Shown: positions 27,501 through 39,500 of the stretch, piece by piece
How positions within the stretch are numbered: the first letter of the stretch is position 1
Layout: every line of letters begins with the position of its first letter
From: Phoronis australis
Taxonomy: Eukaryota; Animalia; Phoronida
Direction: 5' to 3'
Length of the DNA stretch: 64,000 bases
Assembly (NCBI GenBank): GCA_002633005.1
Contig: NMRA01000016.1
Location: forward strand, 652,443 to 716,442
Program-made: the position numbers and the translations under genes
Notes under the pieces: generated by a model
The model's input: the letters and a program-made list of their open reading frames with translations, nothing else
What the model was told of the DNA's origin: nothing
The model's database searches: none

Positions 27501-30500
27501 AGTTTAGACTCATTTGTATACATCGGGGAGTGAGGTACCTGACTGCGCTTTTCAGTTACGCTTTTCAAAGAGGTTGCACGCATGTGCAAAGCAATTGGGC
27601 AAACATATTTTTGAGAATATGCAAAATTCTGGATATAAGCCCCTGACGGGTCCAAAAAAGGAAGTAGTTGGTATACGTTACACGTAAGTCTCATGCAAGC
27701 ACACATAATATTTCAGTGAAACGGTATTTTATATCACTTGGCAAACACAGGGTAGTTTTAACTTAAAATGTCCAATATTCTGTTTCCCTCAGGTCACAGT
27801 CCGGAGCATCCAAAAGATGCCTGTCTTCACTTTGATGTGCTAATGCAAAACGACAAGTTTAAACCGGAATATGTCAACATGTCATGCAGTCTGCTACGAG
27901 AACAGTTTAAACTACTTAACGACAAAATACTCAAAGAAGACCTACTTAATGACTCCAGACTAGCTGATATTGGGCGTCAACTGAACTCGTCTTGCGATTT
28001 CCGCATGGTGAATGAAACCCGCCACAANCCTGAAACTTCGAGGTGCTATGCTGGGTAAAATCAAGGTACTGCAATGTGTAAAAGGTCCACAGTTTTGCGT
28101 CGATAAGGAGTTCTTCGGAAACGCCACCGATGAAATGAAAGTGAAAAACATTACCGTGAGAGTGCACAAGCTGTGTGAAGACAGAGTAAAATCCGGATTC
28201 AACTTCTCGTGCAAACATGGAAACACAAGCCGAGAAATGAAAGACTGGGTAAAGAAGTTTCTAGAAAAGTCTCGAAGTGAAGGTCGGGATCTATACTGTA
28301 ATGGAAGTCGAGGTGAGTGTTACATAATTTAAAATCATTGAGATAATTATAGTAATGTAAAAAAGGCCAGTTTAGACTCATTTGTATACACCGGGAAGTG
28401 AGGTACCTGACTGCGCTTTTCAGTTACGCTTTTCAAAGAGGTTGTACGCATGTGCAAACCAATTGGGCAAACATCTTTTTGTGAATATGCAAAATTCTGG
28501 ATATAAGCCCCTGACGGGTCCAAATATGCACGTAGTTGGTATACGTTAAAGGTAAGTCTCATGCAAGCACACATAATATTTCAGTGAAACGGTATTTTAC
28601 ATCACTTGGCAAACACAGGGCAGATTTAAAATTAAAATGTCCATATTCTGTTTCCTTCAGGTCACAGTCCGCAGCATTCAAAAGATGCCTGTCTTCACTT
28701 TGATGTGCTAATGCAAAACGACAAGTTTAAACCGGAATATGTCAACATGTCATGCGGTCTGCTACGAGAGCAGTTTAAACTACTTAACGAAAAAATACTC
28801 AAAGAAGACCTACTTAATGACTCCAGACTAGCTGATATTGGGCGTCAACTGAACTCGTCTTGCGATTTCCGCATGGTGAATGAAACCCGCCACAAGCTCA
28901 TGAAACTTCGAGGCGCTATGTTGGGTAAAGTCAAGGTGTTGCAATGTGAGAAAAGTCCAAAGGTTTGTGTCGATAAAGAATTCTTCGGAAACAAGACAGG
29001 TGACCAGAAAACGAAAGATATCACAATTAAAATGGAGAAGCTATGTAAAGAAAGAGTAAAATCAGGATTCAACTTCTCGTGCAGCTATCGAAACTCAACA
29101 CGAGACATGAAAGACTGGGTGAAGAAGTTTGTAGAAAAGTCGAAGCGGGAAGGTCAGGATCTATACTGTAATGGGAGTGGGGGTGAGTATTATAGAGTTT
29201 GAAATTTAAAGAAGGCTCACATCGTGGATTTTTCCAAGTCTGGTTGCATAAACTGCGAGAAATTCAAGAGCATGTTCTGTCTGATTAAATATTGAATATT
29301 TTTAAACTTGACTGCTTTACGGTGTACAAAACTTTCAGGAAAAAGTAACCACTCAAGTTAAAAAAATGTCATGATCTAGCTTTAACGGACTCACGATTAT
29401 CACATCAAAGTTATCGGCATATGTATGTCGTGAAGAGAAATTGTATCAGTCGATGGCAGTCTTTTTGCAAAATATTGTCTAAGTAGAACAAACCTAATAA
29501 TTCTTAAGCTTTTGCTATCAAGCAATGCAAATTTAAGATTCTGAAAAGAATATGAAATTTCCGCAAAAAGCAAGAATCGGAGTATTTAGTCTTTGCTTAA
29601 CCTTTTGTCTCATCGTAATATAACACTCTCGTTTTCATCCAGGTCATGGTCCAGAACACTCAAGAGATGCCTGCCTCGACTTTGATGTGCTAACGCAAGA
29701 CGAGAAGTTTAAACTAAAACACACTAACTCGTCCTGTGTTCTGCTGCGACAGCAGTTTAAGCAACTGAACGAAAAAATACGCAAAGAAGACCTGCTTAAT
29801 GACTCCAGACTAGCGGATATTGGGCGTCAACTGAACTCATCTTGCGATCCTCAAATGGTGAACGGAACCCGTCACAAACTGTTGAAACTTCGAGGTGCCA
29901 TGCTGGGTAAAGTCAAGGTTCTGCAATGTGACAAACGTCCACAATTCTGCGTCGATAAGGATTTCTTTGAAAACAAGACCGACAATGTAAAAGTGAGAAA
30001 CGTCACCGTAAAGGTGCACAAGCTGTGTGAAGAAAGAGTGAGATCTGGATTCAACTTCTCATGCAGATATCGAAACTCAACGCGAGAAATGAAAGACTGG
30101 GTAAAGAAGTTTCTGGAACAGTCGCGGCGTGAAGGTCGGGATCTATACTGTAATGGAAGCGGCCGTGAGTATCGTAGTTTAGTTTTTGATATTCCAGAAA
30201 TGATCACAAGTGGACCTGAAAAGTAGGCTGATATAGGATTGCGTACATTCTTAATCTGATCTCATGAACATTTTAAAATTTGCGATTATTACAGTGCGTA
30301 TTCTTTTTGTGGAAATAATATAACTTATCTAGAACTGTACCCGAGGTTGAAACGTCAGCCATTTCGATATATATCTCATTTTACCGTTTTAATCAAACAA
30401 TTTATTTTTTCCATTAACACGCTATTTAGCCTCTTTAAGTGTAAAACATGATTCCTTTTCCACTCAGACCATGGTCCGGAACACTCAAGAGATGCCTGTC

Positions 30501-33500
30501 TTGACTTTGATGTGCTAATGCTAGACGAGAAGTTTAAACCAGAACACGTCAACTCGTCGTGTGGACTCTTACGAGCACAGTTTAAGCAACTGGACGACAA
30601 AATACACAAAGACGATTTGCTCAACGACACCAGATTGCTTGATATCGGACGACAACTGAAGTCAGCTTGCGATTCTCGTATGGTAAATGAGACCCGCCAC
30701 AAACTCATGAAACTTCGAGGCGCTATGTTGGGTAAAGTCAAGGTGTTGCAATGTGAGAAAGGTCCGCAGGTTTGCGTCGATAAGGAATTCTTCGGAAACA
30801 TGACCGATGACAAGAAAACGAAAGATATCACGATTAAAATGGAGAAACTATGTAAAGAAAGAGTAAAATCAGGATTCAACTTCTCGTGCAGCTATCGAAA
30901 CTCAACGCGAGACATGAAAGACTGGGTGAAGAAGTTTGTAGAAAAGTCACGAAGCGACGGTCAAGACCTTTACTGTAAAGGAAGCGGCGGTGAGTGTAAT
31001 GCAATGTAAAATGACAGTAATGCTCACACCGTAGATCTGACAAGTAAGATAAAACAAACTGCCAGATGGTCACTTCATGCTCAGCTTGATTAACTGTAAA
31101 GAATTAGGAACTTTATTCATATGATCTGATAAAGAATTCATAAATTTGTAAATTTGCTGTATATGTTCTGCCAAATTAACCCCTCAAAACCGTATAGCAG
31201 TCGTATTCGTCTATCTTACGGTACCCTGAAACTGGGTGTTTAAAAGGAAAATCCAAACAGAGGTTTTGAAATTGATGAATGCATGTTAAAATTAGAAAGC
31301 CGTTTTCGAGAGTTCGAGTTCCTATGTTCAACTTAAGGAGGTTGGCTCATGCCGAGAAAAGGCGGCAAACGTTGTGAGTCTTCAAATATTGACGGTCATC
31401 GCTTAGTTATTCGGTGAAAACTTGTTTTGGTCAATATAACCTATGCATGTCGCAACCCTCTTCGCTATTTCAACATTCACTCTCAATGTTAACTGAATTT
31501 GCATTGCGTAATTAACTTCATCGTCACTAAAACGTTTTGAATTTTTTTTAATGTGCCTCGAGTCCATCTTGGTCAAGGCGGGCAAGCTGTTAAGACATTA
31601 AATGAGCTTTCAATATCTCTGCCAGATATCATGCATACTATATGCCTGGTCCAGGACTAAAACGCTGTTTAATCACTTGAATGCAACGAGAGAGCAAAAT
31701 TTCCCTTTTCGTTTCAGGCCATGGTCCTCAAAAATCCGACGCCTGTCTTGACTTTGATACGCTGATGCAAAACGAGAAGTTTAAACCAGAACATGTCAAC
31801 GCATCCTGTCGTATGTTAAGAGAACAGTTTAAACTACTGAATGAAAAAACACGCAAAGAAGACTTGGTTAACGACACCAGACTAGCTGATATCGGACGTC
31901 AGCTAAACTCGTCTTGCCGTCCCGGCATGGTGAATGACACTCGTCATAAACTCCTCAAACTTCGCGGCACTATGTTGGGTAAAGTCAAGATATTGCAGTG
32001 CGAGAAACGTCCAAAGTTTTGTGTCGATGAGGAATTTTTCGGAAATGTGTCAAATTCCATGAAAGTGAGAAACATGACGATGATGGTCCGAAAAACATGC
32101 GAAGAAAAAGTTAAATCAGGGTTAAAGTTCTCATGTATGCATGGCAACAGTATACGAGAAATGCAGGACTGGGTGAAGAAGTTTTTAGACAGAGTTAAAA
32201 TGGATGGACAAGATCTTTACTGTAATAAGAGTGGTGGTAAGTGTACATGTACATGTATTTTTCAATATACCATCACGCTACATCGAAATCAATTCAGATA
32301 TGGGCTACCGATTCTTTCGGCAAAAACCTAATCTCGACATTAGTGCTTTACTAACCAATAGTACATAATAGCTACGAGTACAGTTGTTTCTTGTGAAATG
32401 GATATTCTTAGCAAGGAAGCTACTTTCACAGTAAGACGCAATAGCGCGGAATCGCACTCGCAATCTTTGCAGTAGCCTCCGATCGCTCTGCCGCTGAGCC
32501 GAATCCCACGTTCAATAAAACCTTTAGTATTTTAAGCGCGCTTGTAAGTTAAAGAACGGCCTTTATTTCATCGAATGTCTGGTAGATAACGGTAGGGATT
32601 GGCAATTTGTAAACAAATCACAAAATAACAACAAATTTTGTTGTTTCAAAGTTATTATCAAAGGCAACAAGGTCACGAAGTCTATTCTATCTAATAGTGG
32701 TCCCAAACATGTGTTTTTGCCGTAAAATCGTTAATGTCCTTTAATGCATCAAACAACGTCATTGGTGTAAAAGATGAAGGCTTCAAATCAGAAATTATAC
32801 CAATAGGAACACTTGGAAAAGGGTGTGCTATTTTGCTTCATAAAATTCGTTTTTGATCAATTTCTACCGTCCCAGAAGCATTTCAAATTATTGGCTAATA
32901 ATATTGCCCATTTAAGGTCATGATCATCAACGCGGAAAAGATGCCTGTCTTGACTTTGATGTTCTAATGCAAGACGACAAGTTTAAGCCAGAAAAAGCCA
33001 ACGCGTCCTGTGGTCTGTTACGAGACCAGTTTAAGGTCCTGAAGGAGAAAATACGCAAAGAAGACCTACTTAATAACTCTATATTGGCTGATATTGGGCG
33101 CCAACTGAACTCCTCATGTGGTCCGCGTATGGTGAACGAAACTCGTCACAAACTCCTGAAACTCCGAGGCGCAATACTGGGTAGAGTCAAGGTACTGCAG
33201 TGCGAGAAAGGTCCACAATTTTGTGTCGATAAAAACTTCTTTGGAAACGCGACGAATCCCATGAAAGTGAGAAACATGACAATGATGGTCCGAAAAACCT
33301 GCGAGGAAAAAGTAAAAGCAGGATTAAAGTTCACATGTAGCCATGGCAACAGTACACGACAGATGCAAGACTGGGTCAAGAAGTTTGTAGACAGGGTCAA
33401 AATGGAAGGACATGATCTTTACTGCAAAGAAAGCGGTGGTAAGTGTGGTCTGTCAGTGTTTTGCTGGGAATGTCAGATCTTCGTGAACATTGCGTCTACA

Positions 33501-36500
33501 TTTTTGTTTTACAACACGCCGTCGTTTTGTTCCCGATAGCTCAATGTGCTGCGGCGTCTGCACTCTTAACAGGAAATCCAGTGGCAGATCTACGTTTTCA
33601 GTAAGGGGTGGTTAGGTTTTTGCGCGAATCCAAGGTGGGAGGTCGGGAGTTGGTTTCCCCCCAGCATGTAAGATTTTTTTTTGTTTTTGTAGCTTAGTTT
33701 GTTTTCCTGGCAATGTTTTTTAAATTTTTGTATTTGATCCTGTCCTGGGGGGTTAAACCCACTGAGCCCCCCGTAGATCCGCCCCTGATATCCCACGTTC
33801 GAGCACCGATCACGAAGGAGATCTTTCCAGACAATAGTCCACGTGACGAGACCAACGTGTGGCGTGTTTTTAAGACTTATATGTTCTATGCCATATCAAC
33901 GATACATTTATACGCAATGAATAGGCATCCTTTTTGCAAACACCAAGGATTGGTTATTCTAATTACAAATGGTTTTTAAAGATCCCTTTTCAATTCTTAA
34001 ATGGTCATTTCTTACAAAAAAAAAAAAATTCACGCATCAGTTTATGCCAGCTACGGAGGTTACTGTAGATACTTAGGTTGAAACATTATTTCTTTTGCTT
34101 TTTTTCAGGTGCTGCTTGTTTGGACTTCGGCGTGTTGGCTGACAACCAGAAGTTTGATCCCAAGCGACCGGACGTCTCATGCCAGCTTTTACGTGACCAG
34201 TTTAAATCTTTGAGAGACATTTTGAAAGGCAACGGCCTCCATAACGACCCAACAATTGCGGACATTGGGCGTCAGCTAAATTCGTCATGCAATATTCGGA
34301 TGGTGAACGACACCCGTCACAAGCTTCTACAACTTCGAGGGGTTTTAATCGGTAAAGTTAAGATCGGGCAATGTGAGACAACTCCAAAGTTTTGTGTTGA
34401 CAAGGAATTGTTTGGAATCGTGGCAAATCCCATTAAAGTGAAAAACTTGGCAATGATGGTACGCAAAACATGTGAAGAAAAAGTGAAGTCAGGATTAAAG
34501 TTCACATGTAGGCATGGCAACAGTACACGAGAGATGCAGGACTGGGTGAAGAAGTTTGTAGACAAAGTTAAAATGGAAGGACATGATCTTTACTGCAAAG
34601 AAAGTGGTGGTGAGTGCAGGTCTACAATTTTTGGAGTAATAACCGGAAATACAAATATTATCAGTGCTGGTCTTGAACTACCGACAAATCAGTCAACTAA
34701 TTTTGTTAGGGTCACAAAGGGTGTGTTAACGAATTACAACTTTTGTAAGCCATTAAAAATGCTGTCATTTATTGAAAACGATGGTTAACGGTGCTTTAGC
34801 TCATTAACCTCGACACGAAGCACAATTACCTTCATCATCCCTCAAATTGAGCAAAAAATTCACGCAAAGTCTGCTAAGCCTGCGAGTGTACGCCGATGGT
34901 TGAAAAGAACCCGATCCTATCTGAAATCACGAATTCAACTTTCTGACACAATCGAGAGGTGGTAGGATTACTAATCGTCCAACAATAAGCTCCCAGTCAA
35001 TTTTGACAAAATGATCTCGGCATGGTTTAGTAAGTAGTATTCTTTCAAAGTTGAACCTGAGCAGTTCCATTGCTTCGATTACTCCATTTCATGTTCAATT
35101 TGGAGGTGTTCTAGGTCATTTGATACCAGACTGGGGATAATTCAACCTACCATAAAGACTTTCGAAGTTTTATGTTCTCTTAACATTCTATTTTCCCAAA
35201 AAGGACCATGACAGGCGCTCAATTATTACAGTTCCTTTTTGCATTTAAACTATCTAGAGCAGTTTAGACATGTCAATGTATGGTTTCAGGACAACAGTGT
35301 CAAATAAGACGATCTCCGATAAAAGTGGGTCAAGATGGAAAAGCTTGGCTAGACAACATTGAACTTCGCGATTTAATCATATTTGATGATCAACCGTACA
35401 TGCAAGGCATGCCTGCCAAGGACTGGCTGCAAATACACGGCGTGGACGAGAAGTGTAACGTAGTTCCGCTAAATGGGACAAAGGTTGTCTCCAACCTAGA
35501 AAAGTTCTATAATGGCAGGAACGAATTTGTCGGCTGTGTCGACAGCTCTGAGGATAAGTGGTTGTGCGAGAGGGAACCCAAAGTAACCAAAAATCCGAGA
35601 CTGGGAAAGTGGACCGTGTTTGGTATAGAGTGGTCCACGTTTACGACCATGTATACAAATATGTTGGCGAGAACGAATATAACAATGCCCGCCATTACGG
35701 CGGCTGAACCGACTAAAGCCCCCAACGGCACGATTATTATTGGGAAGGAGACCTGGGACGAGTTCTACACCCGCGCTATTGAAATTTGGAAAGTTAAAAG
35801 ACGAGAAGCCAATTGTGGAACGAAGTTCCCTCATTTGTATGCAACACCTGAGAAAATAGGTAAGAATACTTTAAAGTTACGTCACTCACCTTTGCCAAAA
35901 GAAGATAAACACGCTGTTTAACTGGCAAATGCTGGGCTAAAATTAAAGCAGACCTCATTCCAGGCATGCTACCTTAGACATTAAAGTCACGGTGCTCATG
36001 CTCATATGGATGACCGGATGTCTCATTGAATCAATGCTTTTTATAAACGAGGTCGATCTCTATTATTATTTCAGTATCCCTTGAAGTGGACGTTGTGGCC
36101 GCCTCACTTAGTCGGGATCACGAATCTGCCAAACGAGTTTTAACCGACATGGCAAACAAATGTCTTCAGAAGAAGGACGTCCTTCATAGAGTCACAACTG
36201 AGTATATGGAAGAAAGGTAAATCCCCTGAAGGGATGTTAAATATGTCAGCTGTCACTCTGAACAGCACCTGCTCACGTGTGTTTAGTCCTATAGCTAACA
36301 GGGACGAAGGTTCATTTTTAATACCTTCCAAAAACCTAAAGTGATCCCTTTATACACGTGAAAACGTCAAGTAATAATTAAACTGTTTATTGTACAGGAA
36401 AAACTTGAAAGGTGTATCGCTGGTCTACAAAGGTTGGATACGTCTGTATCTGGACAAGGGAAATTTATCTACAGTGGCTGCAAATTTTAAGAACTGCATG

Positions 36501-39500
36501 GCGTCCAAGGCAAACATACCAGGCGTTCTGGCGTTCAACTTTGATCAGACAAAAGCCAAAGTTGAAGGTAAAATCAAAAACTTAAACTTAAGGTGTAAAT
36601 GAGAAACTCGTTAACTTTTTAAAAGATTTCCATCGAAACAAAGGATTTCACGTAACTTGCCATGAAATAACGTATACGTAATGCATTTTAAGTATGACTA
36701 GAAATTAAATGATCGTGTAACCTGGGTATTTTCATCGTTTTCGTGTACACCGTTTGCAGGCAAATGTGACCGCATTGATCTAACATTCGAAAAAGGTTTG
36801 TGGATCCTTCGTCAAAAGGACCAAGAAGCAGTCATCAGGTATCGGTTGCAGAACGTGTTTGGAAAGTGGTATATCGAAGAAGGCGGTCGGGCAGTTCTCC
36901 TTACAGAGTTCCTAGAGAAGAAACAGATCAACACTAGAGGTGTTGTAACTAAGAGCTGCGAGTCCCTGTTATCTGACTGCATTAAAGAGCCACAAGGAAG
37001 TTGCCTGGGTTCAAAGACAGAAAAAGACCCGGGATGTGCCGAGTTCAGGAAAGAAGTATATAAACGAACGACGTCATCGGACGTTAGTAAGTATTGTATT
37101 CCCACTCGACTCCTTAATTCAAAATTAAATAAACTCTAAAATAATTTGAAAATGTGCAAATTGCCAAACTTACTTTGCACCTGCTTTACTACGTCTTGTT
37201 CTACGGCAATCTGTGTGTTTCAGATTGACTGTTTTCCAATTCACCAAAAAACGAAACTTGCAAAAATTCGATACACTTGCATTTTTCACCCAGGTTTAGG
37301 CAAACGCCTCTTTGGGACTCGATTTTGCTACTTCATGCGCTAAGTCTCATCTCTGCACACTACCACGAAGATGCAGTATGATAAGTCGAAGAATTATCAA
37401 ATAAAAACGAAGTGCACGATCTTGGCGAAGCAGATGAACCATTATTTTTTGTAAATCGGAGTTTGCTTTGACTGTGCTCGTCCTTTATCGACGATTTCTT
37501 ACGTTATAGCACATTTTGTGGGGAGAGTGATCTTTGGAAAGTACAACCAAACTCTACGTGACGTGCGCAGCAAGGCGCACAACGACTCTGTGGGACTGTG
37601 TCATCGTGGAGTGACCAAGCAGATGTCCACGTGTAAGCTTGCAGGTGTCTTCCACTTTTCCGTCGTTTCCCTCAAGCACTGGTAAGCGTGACTGTTTGGC
37701 AGACCAATATGTGACTGTAGTTGCGATTGTGACTAATATTTTATCAAAGTTGTGCGAATTTGTATGCACAATAGAGACATGTTTGCTGCTAATGGATAAA
37801 TTTCAAAAATATCAAAAAGAAAGGCCCATTCACAATGAAACTAGATTTAAAGTAACATGACAAAATTAAGTTTAATTACATGTATTAAACATTCAAGGCA
37901 AAATCTAAAAAATGCTGATACAATTTTGTAAATGAGCATTTCGTTTTCATTTTATGCAACTTTGAATTTTCTAGTAAAAATCCTTAAAGACGTATATTTC
38001 CATAGCTCGTCATGCGAACGTGGAACATTTAAAAATAATTCCTAGCAACGTTTTGGAGAACAGTGTGTAATGCTTGGCAGGAGAACGCGTCTCATGAATT
38101 CGGTCAGACATTGCTGAGATATGGCGTTCCTCAAGTCAAAATTGGAATTTTTCTGGCTCGTGCGCATCCTTAAAATATTAAAGAGCTTTGCTAACGCCTG
38201 AGGATGTTGTTTAGCTAATGGCAGACCTGATTTGAAGGTAACAAGGCTTAGACCTCTGTGTCCGGTTGAAATAGTTCCAAATGGGGACTCAACTACAAGT
38301 TCCCCGAAACTACTGCGTATTTTGGGGCTTACGAAACACTGATTGCACTTTCTTATTCTGTTTTAGTGTCATTACTGAGTCAATGTTTGGCTTTAATACT
38401 AATAGACAATGAATTATACGTAGAATTCTCAACATTATTGAAGATAAGTAGGTACCTTTTCATACAACTACCCGAGTTTAAGGACCAGGGACCCGTTCCA
38501 ACAAAACTGACTTAGCTAAGACAAATCTTTAATTTTAGTAAATTTCAAAATAAAAGTTAAATTTGTCTCAAAACCAATTCAAGAAAGAGATCTCAAGTTT
38601 GAATTATGTGTTTGATACAAGTTTTGTCTTAATTTTGAATAACTTGCCGAATGTGTAAGTTTCAAAGTTTGAAGTTAAGACAAATCCTAAACTTTAGTAA
38701 AAAATGAACTTTGAGTCAGTTTCTTGGAACAGGCCCCAAATCTCTACTTTTTCACTGATTAAGACTTCAGTTTTTAGTTGTAATAGTAGAAAACACCATT
38801 TGTCAAAGAGGATATCATGATAAAGATAAGGTGATAGAGAAAATACAACATATGTGAGTAAAGAACACAGAAAATACGCAAAAGATTTTGGAAACTTAAT
38901 TGAGACCCTAGTTGGGACTGTGCCATGCAGCCCGGCATAATGGTGGCCTTCAGGTCCCGAATTACTTTTAAATATCTAACAATGTTTTTAGCCCCATTCA
39001 CATAACAGTAGCCCCATCTTGAAGCAACAAGGCCACACAAAGTGCTATAAGTGGCGTCGACCGATCAGGAGGGGGGAGGAGGGAGGGCGACAAAGGGTTG
39101 GAGACGACAGCGGCGACGACCTGGGTTATCATGAAACTGTCCCTGTAACCGGTCGAGTTCCAGGCTCCCGATTGTTCAGGTCGGCAACTGTGTCCAGCCA
39201 CCAGGTTAGGTCGGAGTTCAATCTTATTTATTTTACAGGAACGGTTCTATTGCCTGTGAGTTCGATTTTCAATACTATGGGCGAGATCGGAAGGACCTCC
39301 AAGGCTGCTTCACGAAAGCGTTCACGACCGGTAAAATGGGAGAGATTGAGTTGAATGTCAAGGAGAAAGCGACCGCGCTCTTTGACAAAATTAAATGTAA
39401 GTAGCAAGCTTAGAGGTGGAAACAAAATGTACTTAGACCCTTTAACAGTAATAGGTATGTCACCATATTGCCTATCGAAACACACAANGCGGCGACGACC

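Larger units (their letters stand above)
23544..28446. other. Probable redundant assembly: alternate haplotype between N joins (23544-28027) plus contig overlap (28029-28446)
   Basis: Sequence after N 23543 restarts at the equivalent of about 19846. Sequence after N 28028 appears identical to about 23125-23542. Confidence 0.75.

Noticed and set aside
27793-28312. Pseudo-exon or programmed frameshift in R5
   Set aside because: The frame break coincides with an N and joins halves of two different exons; an assembly join is the simpler explanation.
21834-34565. Recurring minus-strand ORFs (e.g. [13 protein letters not shown]...)
   Set aside because: Antisense shadows of the conserved coding repeats, with no independent splice or start signals.
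21605-34609. Repeat ORFs read as a family of separate small genes
   Set aside because: Homology starts and stops exactly at AG/GT sites, there are no individual signal peptides or conserved starts, and phases join the flanking exons. They are exons of gene B.
37983-38173. Possible TTAA-flanked MITE (ttaaagacg...catccttaa)
   Set aside because: Inverted termini too degenerate to call.
39019-39354. [15 protein letters not shown]... as an exon
   Set aside because: Its end phase does not fit the next exon; the fitting exon is 39239-39396 in another frame and completes the SEA domain.
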